DNA from: Hydrolagus colliei
Taxonomy: Eukaryota
Assembly: GCA_035084275.1 (NCBI GenBank)
Contig: CM068745.1
Span: 11,408,001-11,472,000 of the forward strand
DNA: 64,000 bases
Direction of reading: 5' to 3'
Shown: piece by piece, positions 51,961 through 63,218 of the stretch
How positions within the stretch are numbered: position 1 is the first letter of the stretch
How the letters are laid out: each line of letters starts with the position of its first letter
Made by a program: the position numbers and the translations under genes
Notes under the pieces: generated by a model
Told to the model about the DNA's origin: nothing
The model's input: the letters and a program-made list of their open reading frames with translations, nothing else
The model's database searches: none

Positions 51961-53529
51961 AACCAAACCAACCTTATGATCTTGTGTGATCTTATTTCTT
52001 TCCTGCTTTGTGCTCTATTATATTTATTGACTACTAGGATGCTATTCCCATATTTATGCAGGTATTTTATGAACTATCTGTTCATGGTCAGTTCTTTAAA
52101 ATCATGTTCAGATTTCAATGATATAGAATTGAAATTAAAATATGAACATTCACACCTTTTCACAAAATAAGTGAATCTGGTTTTCATTCCAATGGTGCAT
52201 TTTCCTGAATCCAAATTGGACTTATAATAATAATAATCATGAGCTTGTATTTCAATTCGGAGGAATGTGCCAGAATCCTTCATGGGATTTCCTGCAAAGT
52301 GTAGTGACTGTATATTTTGCAGCCCAATTTATACACTAAAAAGGAATAGCATGTGGAACAAGTCAGTGGACCATCCATGTTATCGTACTAATGTCATCAG
52401 ATCCCAAGGATAAATGAACGTGACCTGTCCCTGAATGTTTGCAAAATAGTTACAATGACACACAGATAAATGACCAGTCAGCACACTACACTGCAGAGAA
52501 AGACATGATAAAGATGGTACCTTAAGGCGATATGTGGGCAACATAAACAGCTTTTGATTCCTCAGTGAAAAAGATATCACTGGTAAATTAAATGCTTATA
52601 AAGAAATTCAACAAATATTAATATTAACTGTAGTTATCACCATTAATAGCTGACCACCCCATGGATCTTGAAAGGTGTAGACTTGTCCTCAAACCCAAGA
52701 GCAAAGCTCTATTGGGTAGGATGGACGTAACTGGACAAATACTAGGTGTATCACTATCTCCATTAAAGTATAATATAGAAACTTAAAGTGCAAAAAATAA
52801 TTATTTGTATAAACTCTTACCATGCAAAAGTACTTCTATTTCCTCAAATGTGTAAAGGATGGAGATATAATGGTAAATAGGAGTCAATAATAATTGGGCG
52901 CACTCTGTACTAAAATCTGGTTACCAATTTCACAATTTTGCTGAACAGCTGGCCACTGAGCTCTGGGAGGAGCTGTCTATCAGAGGATGTTTTATTGGAT
53001 GGCAATCTGGAGTGGGGTTTAGCTTAGTCAAGAGAGAAGTTGATTCTGCCGCTTTAAACAAGGCCTTCAGATTACTCAAGGGAACTCTGAATTTAACATC
53101 CAAAGCAAAGAGGAGGAAGAGGCTGGTTGGCTTTGTATCAGCAAGGTGAATAGATTGACTAGAGAAATAATGTTCTCTACATCTGTCCTGAATAATTGCA
53201 TAATATTAAACAATCTACCAAGTTCACGTGAATATTATCACATTACACTCTTTATTGATATTGTCAATGGCATATGACACCAGCCACGTTATCCTTCCCA
53301 ATGTTCTGTGGTTGTATCTACGGCAGCTCATGTTATAGACATTTCTTGGTTGTTGATATTGCAAGTCCTCTCACATATATACATTAGCTTAGCAAAGACT
53401 CTGTGGAGGATCCATCAACAGATGATGGAATTTTGTTTTGCGCTGCTACTCAGCAGCACACAGTGAATAATCTTCCTCGAGTGGTAACTGTTCATTGGTA
53501 GATTCTTCAACCTCCATTTCAGCCTCTGT

Positions 53530-53770
53530 CTGTCCCTTCGCCTCGCTTCCCCCCTTTCCTCCTTCAAGGCCGGTCTCATGACCTTCCTCTTCAACTGTGC
53601 CTTCTGCTCCCCTCCTAATTCTCCCCCCTCTCCTGCTCTCCTTCCCCCTATCCCAACACCTCCCCCCACCGCCACCCCCCCCCACACCATTGGGTCCCGA
53701 CCTAACTGTTCAGTGCCTTGGGATGTCCTCCCGATGTGAAAGGCGCTCTATAAATGTAATTTTGTTGTTA
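53530..53770 (+). mobile_element. Short L2 3' end
   Basis: ccttcaaggccggtctcatgaccttcctcttc...gggatgtcctcccgatgtgaaaggcgc...ttgttgtt. Confidence 0.8.
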
Positions 53771-54304
53771 ATATGACCTTGTGTATGGATAAGGCAGCTC
53801 CTCTGTTGAGAAAGGCACAAAGTGGAATTGGAAATGACTGACTGACAGGGAGAAGTTTCCTTCCATTTATAAAGATGTTTGTCTTGCGTTGCAGCGAACT
53901 TACAAACTGATACCAAGTAATTGTAGACTATCTGTTTAGAACTACTTTTATTGTACTGGGATATTTAAATTTATGGGCAACTGACGCTCATGTTTCTGAA
54001 ACTGTTATCTGTATAACTGTTTTCTGTACAGTATTCTGCATCGTAAACAGTTTAGCTATAATTTCCACAGACGTGTGAATACTTCTGCACAAGGTATTTC
54101 CACCATCCCCCTGTATCACTTCTAAGTTTGATAAATGTTTTGCATTGCCAGGCAAATTATTCTAATTTCCTACCTGTGTATTGGAGATAATACGAATGTA
54201 ATTCCCCAAGTGCAGTTTATTGACTGATAACAATTAGTTTACCACTGAGGAAAAAACAGACACAAATGTTCACCCACACTCAGTTAAAATAATACAGTAT
54301 ATAT

Positions 54305-54663
54305 AGAAATCCTTGAATTTGATATCATGCCACTTCTTCGAGATGTCTCAAAGCGGTTCACGGAATATACTGTAAATTGAATTGACCGTAAGTGAAATGT
54401 GACTAATAGTGCACAGTCGTATCCCACAAAGAATTGTGGATTGAGTGACCACATTTTTATTTATTTATTTTGAAGGAATTTTATAACCCCCGAGGAAAAG
54501 GGATCTGCTAATTGACCGATAACCGAGTACCTGCTTACTGTTCGGTAAGCAGAGGCGTGTGGAGTTGGGAAACTTGCCCAAAGCTTCGCCTTATCTGGGA
54601 ATCAAATCCAGGGCCTCACGCTTGCGAGGCGAATTCCGCCAACCACTAAGCTACAGGACTCCA
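54305..54663 (-). mobile_element. SINE (long-body variant) about 0.5 kb upstream of the SLC5A7 TATA box
   Basis: Head ends at ...aagctacaggactcc; the long internal segment and tail are present. Confidence 0.82.
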
Positions 54664-55000
54664 CAAAAAGGGATCCTGTCAAGACATTGTACATTGAAAA
54701 AAAAATCTCGAATCATTCCATTGAGGAGGTGGAACATGGGGAGAGGGCATTGAAGTTTTAATTCACTTCCCTCTTTTGTTAATGGATGAGCGAGTGTACA
54801 GCCAATATCTCTAGTAACCTATCTCAGAGAAGTTTGTGAGTGTCTTCAATCACTCCTGGTTTTTTTTAATATCAATAAGTAATCTAAAATTAGATATTTG
54901 GATGGGTTCCACAATAAGAATTGGTGAGAGCACTAAAGAATGAGTGATAGATTTTTTATTTTTAACTGATCAAACCGATTCCACCTTGCCCTGTGTTTCG

Positions 55001-55131
55001 TGCGTCATGTCGTCTCCAACCCTCCCCACCCACTGTCCTCTGAGCGTGAAAGCCGCTCAGCGAGTCTTGTCCAGGACTTGATAATGTCCCAACCATCCAC
55101 CATGGAGCCTTCATTGACATCCCAGTGACGT
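55001..55131. promoter_or_regulatory. Two CRE half-site-like motifs (TGCGTCA 55001-55007; TGACGT 55126-55131) in the proximal promoter
   Basis: Motifs read directly upstream of the TATA box. Function is inferred. Confidence 0.4.
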
Positions 55132-55154
55132 TCCCTCTTCTGGAACCGCTGCTT

Positions 55155-55162
55155 TATATAAA
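55155..55162 (+). promoter_or_regulatory. TATA box (TATATAAA) of putative SLC5A7 promoter
   Basis: TATATAAA at 55155-55162, an Inr-like TCAG about 27 nt downstream (55180-55183), then a strong donor AAG|GTAAGC at 55301/55302, about 1 kb before the first coding exon. Confidence 0.7.
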
Positions 55163-55181
55163 GCCATTGGAGGGAAGTGTC

Positions 55182-55301
55182 AGCAACAAAGAGACACCGA
55201 GAAACTCTCTCTCTCTCGCCATCCAAACGGGCAGCTGCCAAAGGGAGGGAGGGAGGGAGCACATGAGCTCTCAGATACAAGCCAACACAACACACTTAAA
55301 G
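55182..55301 (+). other. SLC5A7: Putative non-coding exon 1 of SLC5A7 (5' end approximate)
   Basis: Lies between the TATA box and a consensus donor (aaag|gtaagc). The first coding exon has an acceptor 20 nt before its ATG, so an upstream exon is expected. Mammalian SLC5A7 also has a non-coding first exon. Confidence 0.65.
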
Positions 55302-55858
55302 GTAAGCGAGGCGAGGCTCTGACCATCTTTTGTATGTGTTATAATACTGTACTAACCCCCCCCCCCCCCACCCTCCCCTCCTCTCCCGGTCACCAAGAGT
55401 GACTCGCATTTCTGTAGTGACTTGCATTGATTTTTCTCCCATTGCATCTGCTCTGCGAAGCCAGGTCCCTCACACCAGAGGCTGGGAGTTTGACCCTTGC
55501 CTCTGATTCCCAAATCGAAAGCAGCCTGGCAGCTTTACGTCAAGTTTTCCCTCTTTTAAAAAAAAAACCCACAATATAAGCCGCCAATGCTACCATATTT
55601 TCGAGGCTGATTTGGTTCACGTTAGTGGAATCGTGTCCAGACCCTGACAGATCTCAGCTCCTGTTACAGTAGCGACCAGCACAGGAGGGAGGGAGGGAGG
55701 GAGACAGGCTGAGCAGCGGGGACCAGCCTCTATGTAAACACTGTGGTTTGTAGTTAATGATGTATGAAGAGGATCAGTTAAAGTTTGCTCACTGTTTGTT
55801 TAGACAGACGAGCGATCTTCCCACCGCAATAGGGATGACCAGAGAAACTGAAGCATGT

Positions 55859-55992
55859 NNNNNNNNNNNNNNNNNNNNNNNNNNNNNNNNNNNNNNNNNN
55901 NNNNNNNNNNNNNNNNNNNNNNNNNNNNNNNNNNNNNNNNNNNNNNNNNNNNNNNNNNNNNNNNNNNNNNNNNNNNNNNNNNNNNNNNNNNN
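55859..55992. other. Assembly gap (N run) in putative SLC5A7 intron 1
   Basis: N run. Confidence 0.98.
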
Positions 55993-56301
55993 GCTGTACA
56001 GGTTCATATGATAGACATTGAAAACCCAAGACTGATTCAGAGAAACAAACAAACAGACAAACACCGCCCACAACACACACACACACACACACACACTTAC
56101 ACACAGCCCAGATTTGCTATTCCCCAGCCTTGTGCCTTCTAATCTGAACCACACGCGTATATACTATACACATACAGATAAATATATATAAGTGTATATT
56201 AGCAATGCCCCCCCATCTGCGGTCGGGGTATCGATACTCAAACACACAGCAGTAAAGCTGTGATTTGTTTTCTCCCCGCAGCTCTCTGGCGGCGGCTGGA
56301 C

Positions 56302-56485
56302 ATGGCCGTGCACGTGGAGGGGATCATCGCTATCGTGGTGTTTTATGTGTTGATCCTGTCTGTGGGAATATGGGCCGCTTGGAAAACGAAGAACGCGGGA
56401 TCCGAACACGGGATCGATCGCAGCGAAGCCATCATGATCGGAGGCCGAGACCTGGGCTTGCTGGTGGGTGGGTTCACGATGACCG
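56302..56485 (+). CDS. SLC5A7: High-affinity choline transporter CHT1, coding exon 1 (exon begins at 56282)
   Basis: [31 protein letters not shown]...[22 protein letters not shown] matches the CHT1 N-terminus. Acceptor ccgcag ends at 56281, ATG in strong context (gacATGg), donor G|gtgag, 184 nt, phase 1. Confidence 0.97.
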
Positions 56486-56677
56486 GTGAGTCTGGAGCTA
56501 CAGTGAGTCACTCCAGTAAACTTCTCTCCTCATTCACTCAACTTAACCGTGCGGGAGAAAACAGCTGTGTGTTGTCTGAGTTGTTGAGCGAATAACATTT
56601 TTGAAACAAACAAGTGTTGATCATTTCAGTAAAAACCCAATCCCGAGTTGAGCTCCCGGCGCCGGGTTTGACTCCCC

Positions 56678-56755
56678 GGGCTGTGCGGGCTGTGCGGGCT
56701 GTGCGGGCGGGCGGGTGTGCGGGCTGTGCGGGCTGTGCGGGCGGGCGTTGCGGGG
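56678..56755 (+). repeat. GC-rich minisatellite (GGGCTGTGC)n with GGGC variants; G4-capable
   Basis: gggctgtgcgggctgtgcgggctgtgcgggcgggcgggtgtgcgggctgtgcgggctgtgcgggcgggcg read directly. Confidence 0.9.
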
Positions 56756-57267
56756 TATTCCCTGCGGGTGACAGTGGCTAAAGTAAGGCTCACACGTGGT
56801 TAGGAAACCCAGCTGGAGTACACGATAGCTTTCAGAGCGGGCAGAGGAGCGGGAAGGCAGTGTGCCGTGGCTCTGTCGCTGTTAAGCGCTCTGAGGCGCT
56901 GCCCGGCGTGGAGGGCGCCGTGTGAGCGCAAGCGGTCGTTGTGGGTGTTTAGCGGAGACGCCAGCGGTCGTGTTGCTTTACACCGAGAGTAATCAACTCC
57001 ATTCAGATTTCCGCGAAGGGCGGACACACAGACAGTGTGTATAGTCCAGGACACCGCATTCAGTCACCAAACCGGCTCCGGCTTCAGCGCGACGGGTTGA
57101 TGCGATCACACCGGCTCAACCGCGCGTGCTCTCCCTCCGAGCCTCTTCCGAGAGACGGCCGGTCAACACACAACCCGGACTGTCCCCGGGGCCGCGGGTC
57201 TGTGAGTCGGCTCGGTGCTGAGCCAGCGAGGGCTGCCGTTGTAACGTTGATCTTCTCTCTGTCCCAG

Positions 57268-57381
57268 CGACCTGGGTCGGCGGTGGCTACATCAATGGCA
57301 CGGCGGAGGAGGTGTACATCCCGGGGCACGGCTTGGCTTGGGCACAGGCGCCCTTTGGCTATGCGCTCAGCCTGGTCATAG
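57268..57381 (+). CDS. SLC5A7: CHT1 coding exon 2
   Basis: cccag|...(A)[37 protein letters not shown](G)|gtatg, 114 nt. Confidence 0.97.
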   Translation, partial: RPGSAVATSMARRRRCTSRGTAWLGHRRPLAMRSAWS

Positions 57382-58186
57382 GTATGATGGCGGAGGAGAG
57401 TGTTCAATTCATACTTCATTCCGTATTTAATGTCACAAGTGCAAGCGGAATGTCGTCGTCGTCGTTGTTGTTGTGGCTTTTGAACAGAATTCGTTGTCAG
57501 TATTTACTGGTATTTACGCATTTGGTATTTTATTGCCAATTTCATTCAAACGCACAACAGGTTAATAAATAGCACCCGCCGCTTGAGGCAAATCGAGCTC
57601 CGAATTAACTCAACCAATTCATCCCCAATTAAGCAACCAATTCAAGCCTCAACAACAACAAAATTACAACCACACACACACACCACACACACACACATAC
57701 AAAACTCCTGATCCTTCAGCGAAACATTTGAGAGGATTCCACTACTGTTCACTGAAAACATCACCGCAGTGTCGCGGACCATAGGAAATCAGCCAACACT
57801 TAATTTGGACGATGGATTATTTAAACACACACAATATTGTATGTATAATATATATTACGACCGTTAAACTGATGGAGGTTCTAGTTGGGGTTTCATTAAT
57901 AAATGAAAGCACACTGACGTTAATATCCAGTGTGCAAACGCTTACTCACTAATGACTGGCTTAGAGCAAAATGAGCCCACAAAAGACAAGAGGCAATCAC
58001 ACTGTGATTTTTATAATACTGACCGATACACCATTAACCCGTTATGTAATACCATGTACTAGTGAATGGCTAATTTACCGATATATATATTCTACAGTAC
58101 TGTAACACAGTGTGTCATTGTAATGCAAACTTATATATAAAAATGATAATATAATGGGATAAATGTGATTATTTTTGTGTTGAATC

Positions 58187-58212
58187 GAGAGAGAGAGAGA
58201 GAGAGAGAGAGA
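58187..58212. repeat. (GA)n microsatellite in an SLC5A7 intron
   Basis: Read directly. Other simple repeats: (CA)n about 56073-56104, poly-C about 58703-58725, (ATG/ATA)n about 39828-39880. Confidence 0.9.
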
Positions 58213-58530
58213 TTGGCACCATCCACATTTAACCAGAATCTGATTAAAGCAATTTTATTTTTTTATGTAAAAATGTTTTTTTTAATCATAAAAGCGTTTT
58301 TTTAAAAAAAAATCGGATTTCTCTACGAAATGCGGGAGGGGGGAGATTTGTGGGCAGATAGAACAGACTGAAAGTGGTAGAACAGACAGGGGAGGGAGTT
58401 GAAGTAGAGAGAGAGAGAGGGAGGGAGGGGAAGAGCAGGTGGTTGATTGTAATTGCAAACCACAGACAGTGAGTGAGTGAGTTGTGTGTGTTTGTCGCTA
58501 GAATTAAAGAGTTGTTTCTCTATTTGGCAG

Positions 58531-58686
58531 GGGGGTTGTTTTTCGCTAAACCCATGCGTTCAAGAGGTTATGTGACCATGTTGGATCCCTTTCAGCAGAT
58601 ATATGGCAAAAGGATGGGAGGTTTGCTGTTCATCCCCGCTCTGATGGGCGAGATGTTCTGGTCAGCTGCCGTATTCTCTGCATTAG
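58531..58686 (+). CDS. SLC5A7: CHT1 coding exon 3
   Basis: ggcag|[52 protein letters not shown](G)|gtaaa, 156 nt. Confidence 0.97.
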
Positions 58687-58989
58687 GTAAAAATGTTTGA
58701 CTCCCCCCCCCCCCCCCCCCCCCCCACACACACACACAACCATCAGAGAAATGTCTCTTTGACTGAATTAACAAGTATCCTGTGCGTTAAGAATTGTTTG
58801 AAAAGTAAAATGCCGTCAAATCGCTTGTACCGGGAGAAAGTCGAATGATTGAAGTTTTTCCTTTGAAGGTGAAGCAAACGAAAGGGTTATTCGGTAAATA
58901 TTTAATAAACGTTAGATGTTAGCAATGATTCCCTCCCACCCCCAGCCACCGCCAACACAAGCAAAACCCGTGTGTTTGTACCTTTCCAG

Positions 58990-59138
58990 GCGCGACTTTG
59001 AGCGTTATTGTGGACATCAATATCAACATCTCAGTGATAGTCTCTGCTGTGATCGCAATCTTTTACACTCTGGTGGGTGGCTTGTACTCTGTGGCGTACA
59101 CAGATGTGGTCCAATTATTCTGCATCTTTATAGGATTG
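58990..59138 (+). CDS. SLC5A7: CHT1 coding exon 4
   Basis: tccag|(G)[49 protein letters not shown]|gtaag, 149 nt. Contains the solute:sodium symporter [13 protein letters not shown] motif. Confidence 0.97.
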
Positions 59139-59219
59139 GTAAGTTTGTCGGGAACTTGACTGAACCTTTCCTGGGCCGAAGAGACCCGGTGTGGTAACCC
59201 TTTCATCCTCTGTTCACAG

Positions 59220-59363
59220 TGGATCAGTGTACCCAGCGCCATGTTTCACCCGGCAGTTACAGATATCGCCATCACCGCCACCCAGGAGGTTTACCAGAAA
59301 CCTTGGCTGGGGGTTATAAAGTCACAAGACATCTTCATCTGGTTGGATAATTTCTTATTGCTG
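59220..59363 (+). CDS. SLC5A7: CHT1 coding exon 5
   Basis: cacag|WISVPSAMFHPAVTDIAITATQEVYQKPWLGVIKSQDIFIWLDNFLLL|gtatg, 144 nt. The preceding intron is only 81 nt. Confidence 0.96.
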
Positions 59364-59534
59364 GTATGAAAGAATCACCCGTTAAAACGATCGTTTGATA
59401 CTTTAGTTCTCAAACCTATTTTTCATGTATAGAGTGAAACCAACACACTAGAAAGTGGCATTTTTTTTAAAGTACATTATACAACACGTCAAAAACTGAC
59501 TGGAATAAGGGAAGTTGTGGTATTATTAGATGAT

Positions 59535-59826
59535 GCAGTCCTGTAAGTCAGTGGTTAGAGCACTCGCTTTGCAGAGTGTGAGACCTGTGTTCGAATCCAG
59601 GCAGGTAGAAACCTTGGGCAAGTTTCCTCACTCCACCCGCCTAATAATAATCACTCCAAGAAAAACCCTTATACTAAATCATCATTGCAATCCACGACTG
59701 TTTGTGGGACACTGCTGTGCGCAATTGGCTGCCGCGTTTCACCCACAACTATACAGTCAATTCACTTTACAGTTTATTCCGTGAAGCGCTTTGAGACGTG
59801 CAAGGCCAATGTAAGGATTATTATTA
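59535..59826 (+). mobile_element. tRNA-derived SINE in an SLC5A7 intron
   Basis: gtcctgtaagtcagtggttagagcactcgctttgcagagtgtgagacctgtgttcgaatcc...aaggattattatt. Confidence 0.88.
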
Positions 59827-59976
59827 TGATGATAATGTTTCATCTATGTTAATAATGAAAGGGGCTGTATCAAGTAAATTTGTATAGTATAAATCATTCC
59901 ATTTATTAGCAGTAGAAAGCTACCGATAATAGTGGAAGAACATGTTGATGATACAACTGATAACTGTGCTTTTCAG

Positions 59977-60130
59977 ATGCTGGGAGGAGTGCCATGGCAA
60001 GTCTACTTTCAGAGGGTTCTCTCAGCTTCTTCTGCAACCTACGCACAAGTGTTGTCATTTCTGGCTGCGTTTGGATGCATAGTCATGGCCATCCCATCTG
60101 TACTGATCGGTGCAATAGGGGCATCAACTG
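59977..60130 (+). CDS. SLC5A7: CHT1 coding exon 6
   Basis: ttcag|[51 protein letters not shown](D)|gtaac, 154 nt. Confidence 0.97.
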
Positions 60131-61159
60131 GTAACATAATATTCAATCAAATCAATCCAAACTTACTTTTATATAGCACCTTTCACGTCAAGAGAACGTC
60201 TCAAGGCGCTGTACAGTTAGGTAGAGACAAGAGCGGGGAGGGGGGAGGGGTCGGGGCAGGATGAAGAAGAGTAGGAAAATTGACTGTATATTTGTGGGCA
60301 AAACGTGGCAGCCTAATTGCGCACAACAGTGTCCCACAAACAGTCATGGAAGTGGGATTAGGGGAAAAATGGGGGAAAGATGGGCAAGGGGAGGGTTTGG
60401 GTTATATATATATATATATATACATGTGTGTCTCGCCCACATATATACTGTCTGCATATATGTGTATATGTGTTTTGTCCACATATATACAGTCAATTCA
60501 CTTTACAGTACAATCTGTACAGCGCTTTGAGACATCCAGAAGATGTGAAAATTGCTATATCAAATGCAAGGAAATTAAGGAAAATAACATAATATTTTCA
60601 CCTCTCTCCTTATCCCTATCTCGATTGTTCGATACCCAATCCCATCTCTGTGAAGTGCTAAGTTATCCTACATGAAGGATGCTATATGATTGTGAGTTGT
60701 TATTGCTGTTTCATTGATTTCTGTTGATATGGTCTCTTTCAGTAAGCTCCATAGCCTGGATGGCATAACAAGAAAACCCAATACTTGATCTTTATACATC
60801 TTACCATTTATACAAATGCAGGTTTTGTTGTAAAATTAGCCTGTTCTCTACATTTTACCATAGCATGTTATATTCTATGTTTATTCAAATAAAAGGCATG
60901 TTGAATCTAAGATATGGAAAAATTTTAGAGGGTATGTGGAAATAATGCTTTCTCAATTCTAGAATACTTGTGATTTCGGAGGTAATTTTTAAATGAAAAA
61001 ACACTGGAACTGCTATTTGAGTTAAAGTGGTATTTTTACTCAAATATGGGACATCCTCTCGACATGAAAGGTGCTTTACAAATGTCATTTTGTTGTTGTT
61101 GTTGTTCTTTCCATCATTGTTGTATTTCAGCTTTACATTTTAAGGTGCCAAACATTTAT

Positions 61160-61690
61160 ACAACAACAAAAATAACAAAAATTACATTTGTATACTGCTT
61201 TTCAAGTCAGGAGGATGTCCCAAAGCGCTGGACAACCAGTGCTTGAGACCCGAGCTGTGGGTCGGGATTGGGGAGAGTGGCAAGGGCAATGGGTAAAGGA
61301 GGGTGACCAAAGGCATGGTCAACAAGTTGAGTCTTGAGATGGGCCTTGAAGGAGGTGAGGGAGGGGGTGAGGTGGAGGAACTGTGGGACGAATTTCTGGA
61401 GGGTGGGGTCAGAGTTGCAGAAGACCTGCCCACCAATGGTGGGGCGGGCGAGGAGGAGGACGGGAAGCAGGCCGGAACCCGCTGAGTGGAGGAAGCGAAT
61501 TGATTGGTAGAGGGTTAGAAGGTTGCAGAGGTAGTGGAGAAACAAGGCCAATGAGGGCTTTGAAGGTGATGACCAGGATCTTGAACTATATCCTCTGAGA
61601 TGGGAAGCCAGTGGAGTCGGGCAAGTGTGTGGTGGGGGAGAGGACATGGGCTGCAGAGTTCTGAATGGTCTGCAGCCTATGGAGGGAGAA
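61160..61690 (-). mobile_element. L2 3' fragment in an SLC5A7 intron (antisense)
   Basis: SAGSGLL...RPTIGGQVF...SFKAHLKTQLVDHAF; (AAC)-type tail near 61160-61180. Confidence 0.85.
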
Positions 61691-61799
61691 GTATACATAT
61701 CCATAAGGAAAGTAATTTTAAAGCAGTTGGAAGGCAATAGAATTTCTTATGCCCACAAGTATAAGCATGATTTTGATTCAGATGTTCCTTTTCTTATAG

Positions 61800-62017
61800 A
61801 CTGGAATCAGACTTCCTATGGTTTACCAGACCCTCAGGGCAAAAATGAGACAGATATGATTTTACCAATAGTACTGCAGCATCTTTGTCCATCATATGTT
61901 TCCTTTTTTGGCCTTGGAGCCATCTCTGCTGCAGTGATGTCATCAGCGGACTCTTCTATCCTATCAGCGAGTGCTATGTTTGCTCGAAATATCTACAATC
62001 TTACATTCAGACAGGAG
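61800..62017 (+). CDS. SLC5A7: CHT1 coding exon 7
   Basis: tatag|(D)[72 protein letters not shown]|gtaag, 218 nt. Confidence 0.97.
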
Positions 62018-62582
62018 GTAAGCTGAGGTTACCCAGACATTGATCAATGTGACATTCTTAAAGATGAAACTACCTTTGGTCATGTTATGGCATTTTTTCA
62101 ATAAAACCTTGCAACAATCAGAATTTATTTTAGTTAAATTGTCTTTGCCAAATAAACACATCAAGTTCTGTCTGAATGAAATTTATATTCTCCCATATTA
62201 TGAATTGTTACAAGGTTGGATTTTGCTCAAAGGTTTGGTAAAACTCTTGTTTGTTCCACATAATGGGACGCATGGAATGCATTGTACAATACGATACAGA
62301 TTTGCATTTAGGGCCCTTCACATTGAGAGGACATCCATTGCAGCTAAATATATAATAATTTAAAAGCATGGAAATTATATATTTTTTGTTATTTGTATCA
62401 AAATCTACACAGAAACTATTTGTCCAATACTCGGGGAATTCACTAGTGCTGGGTGAGGAATGTTAAATTCAGTCCACACTGCGACAATGCTCTTAAAGCA
62501 ATTTGAAGAACATTATATGTGTAAATTCTATTCCTCATCCTACAATTAATATGCTTTTTTCAATTCTATTTGTTTGTTACAG

Positions 62583-63218
62583 GCTACAGACAATGAAATT
62601 GTGTGGGTCATGCGAATCACCATATTCCTGTTTGGACTTGCCTCAATGTCTATGGCTTTGATAGCCAAATCGGTCTATGGCTTGTGGTATCTGAGCTCGG
62701 ATCTTGTGTATGTTATTATCTTCCCTCAACTGGTAGGCGTACTCTTCATCAAAGGGACCAACACATATGGCTCTATTGCTGGTTACATCATTGGTTTTTT
62801 GCTGCGAATTAGTGGAGGTGAACCATATTTACACCTGAAACCATTTATCTGTTATCCTGGATGTTATTTAGAGCAAGTCTACGGAAGTGAACCAGTCTAC
62901 ATGCAGAGATTCCCTTTTAAAACTATGTCAATGATATCATCCTTCTTGGGTAATCTTGCTGTTTCTCATCTGGCCAAGTATTTGTTTGAACGAGGAATCT
63001 TGGCACCAAAGTTTGACTTTCTTGACAGTGTTGTTTCACGACACAGCAAAGAAAACATGGATAAAACGACCTTGGTGAACCACGATAATATTACGTTGTC
63101 TGAGTTGGTCCACGTGAATCCAAAACAGAATGCCACAGTTAATGCCAGTTTTACTAACACAGAAGCATTTCCGGATATTGATTCAAGTCCTGAGTTTTCC
63201 AAGTTAGACAATGACTGA
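62583..63218 (+). CDS. SLC5A7: CHT1 coding exon 8 (terminal, includes TGA)
   Basis: tacag|[18 protein letters not shown]...[19 protein letters not shown]...GGEPYL...[11 protein letters not shown]...DND*, 636 nt. Retains the counterpart of the mammalian dileucine-like endocytosis motif (DKTILV). Total CDS 1755 nt. Confidence 0.97.
   Translation, partial: ATDNEIVWVMRITIFLFGLASMSMALIAKSVYGLWYLSSDLVYVIIFPQLVGVLFIKGTNTYGSIAGYIIGFLLRISGGEPYLHLKPFICYPGCYLEQVYGSEPVYMQRFPFKTMSMISSFLGNLAVSHLAKYLFERGILAPKFDFLDSVVSRHSKENMDKTTLVNHDNITLSELVHVNPKQNATVNASFTNTEAFPDIDSSPEFSKLDND

Larger units (their letters stand above)
56160..57400. promoter_or_regulatory. CpG-island-like GC-rich domain over SLC5A7 coding exons 1-2 and the intron between them
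   Basis: Visibly high GC and CpG density compared with the AT-rich, CpG-poor remainder. Confidence 0.75.

Noticed and set aside
1-54900. Many 60-330 aa ORFs in the track as candidate host genes
   Set aside because: They are L2/CR1 ORF2 fragments, their antisense or shifted frames, or SINE read-throughs. No consistent exon chain or non-TE homology is recognisable.
55263-55301. N-terminal extension of CHT1 from the exon-1 ATG
   Set aside because: The spliced distance to the main ATG is 59 nt, not a multiple of 3, so it is an out-of-frame uORF.
57037-57419. Overlapping ORFs on both strands near SLC5A7 coding exon 2
   Set aside because: Expected from stop-codon scarcity in GC-rich DNA; no recognisable domain.
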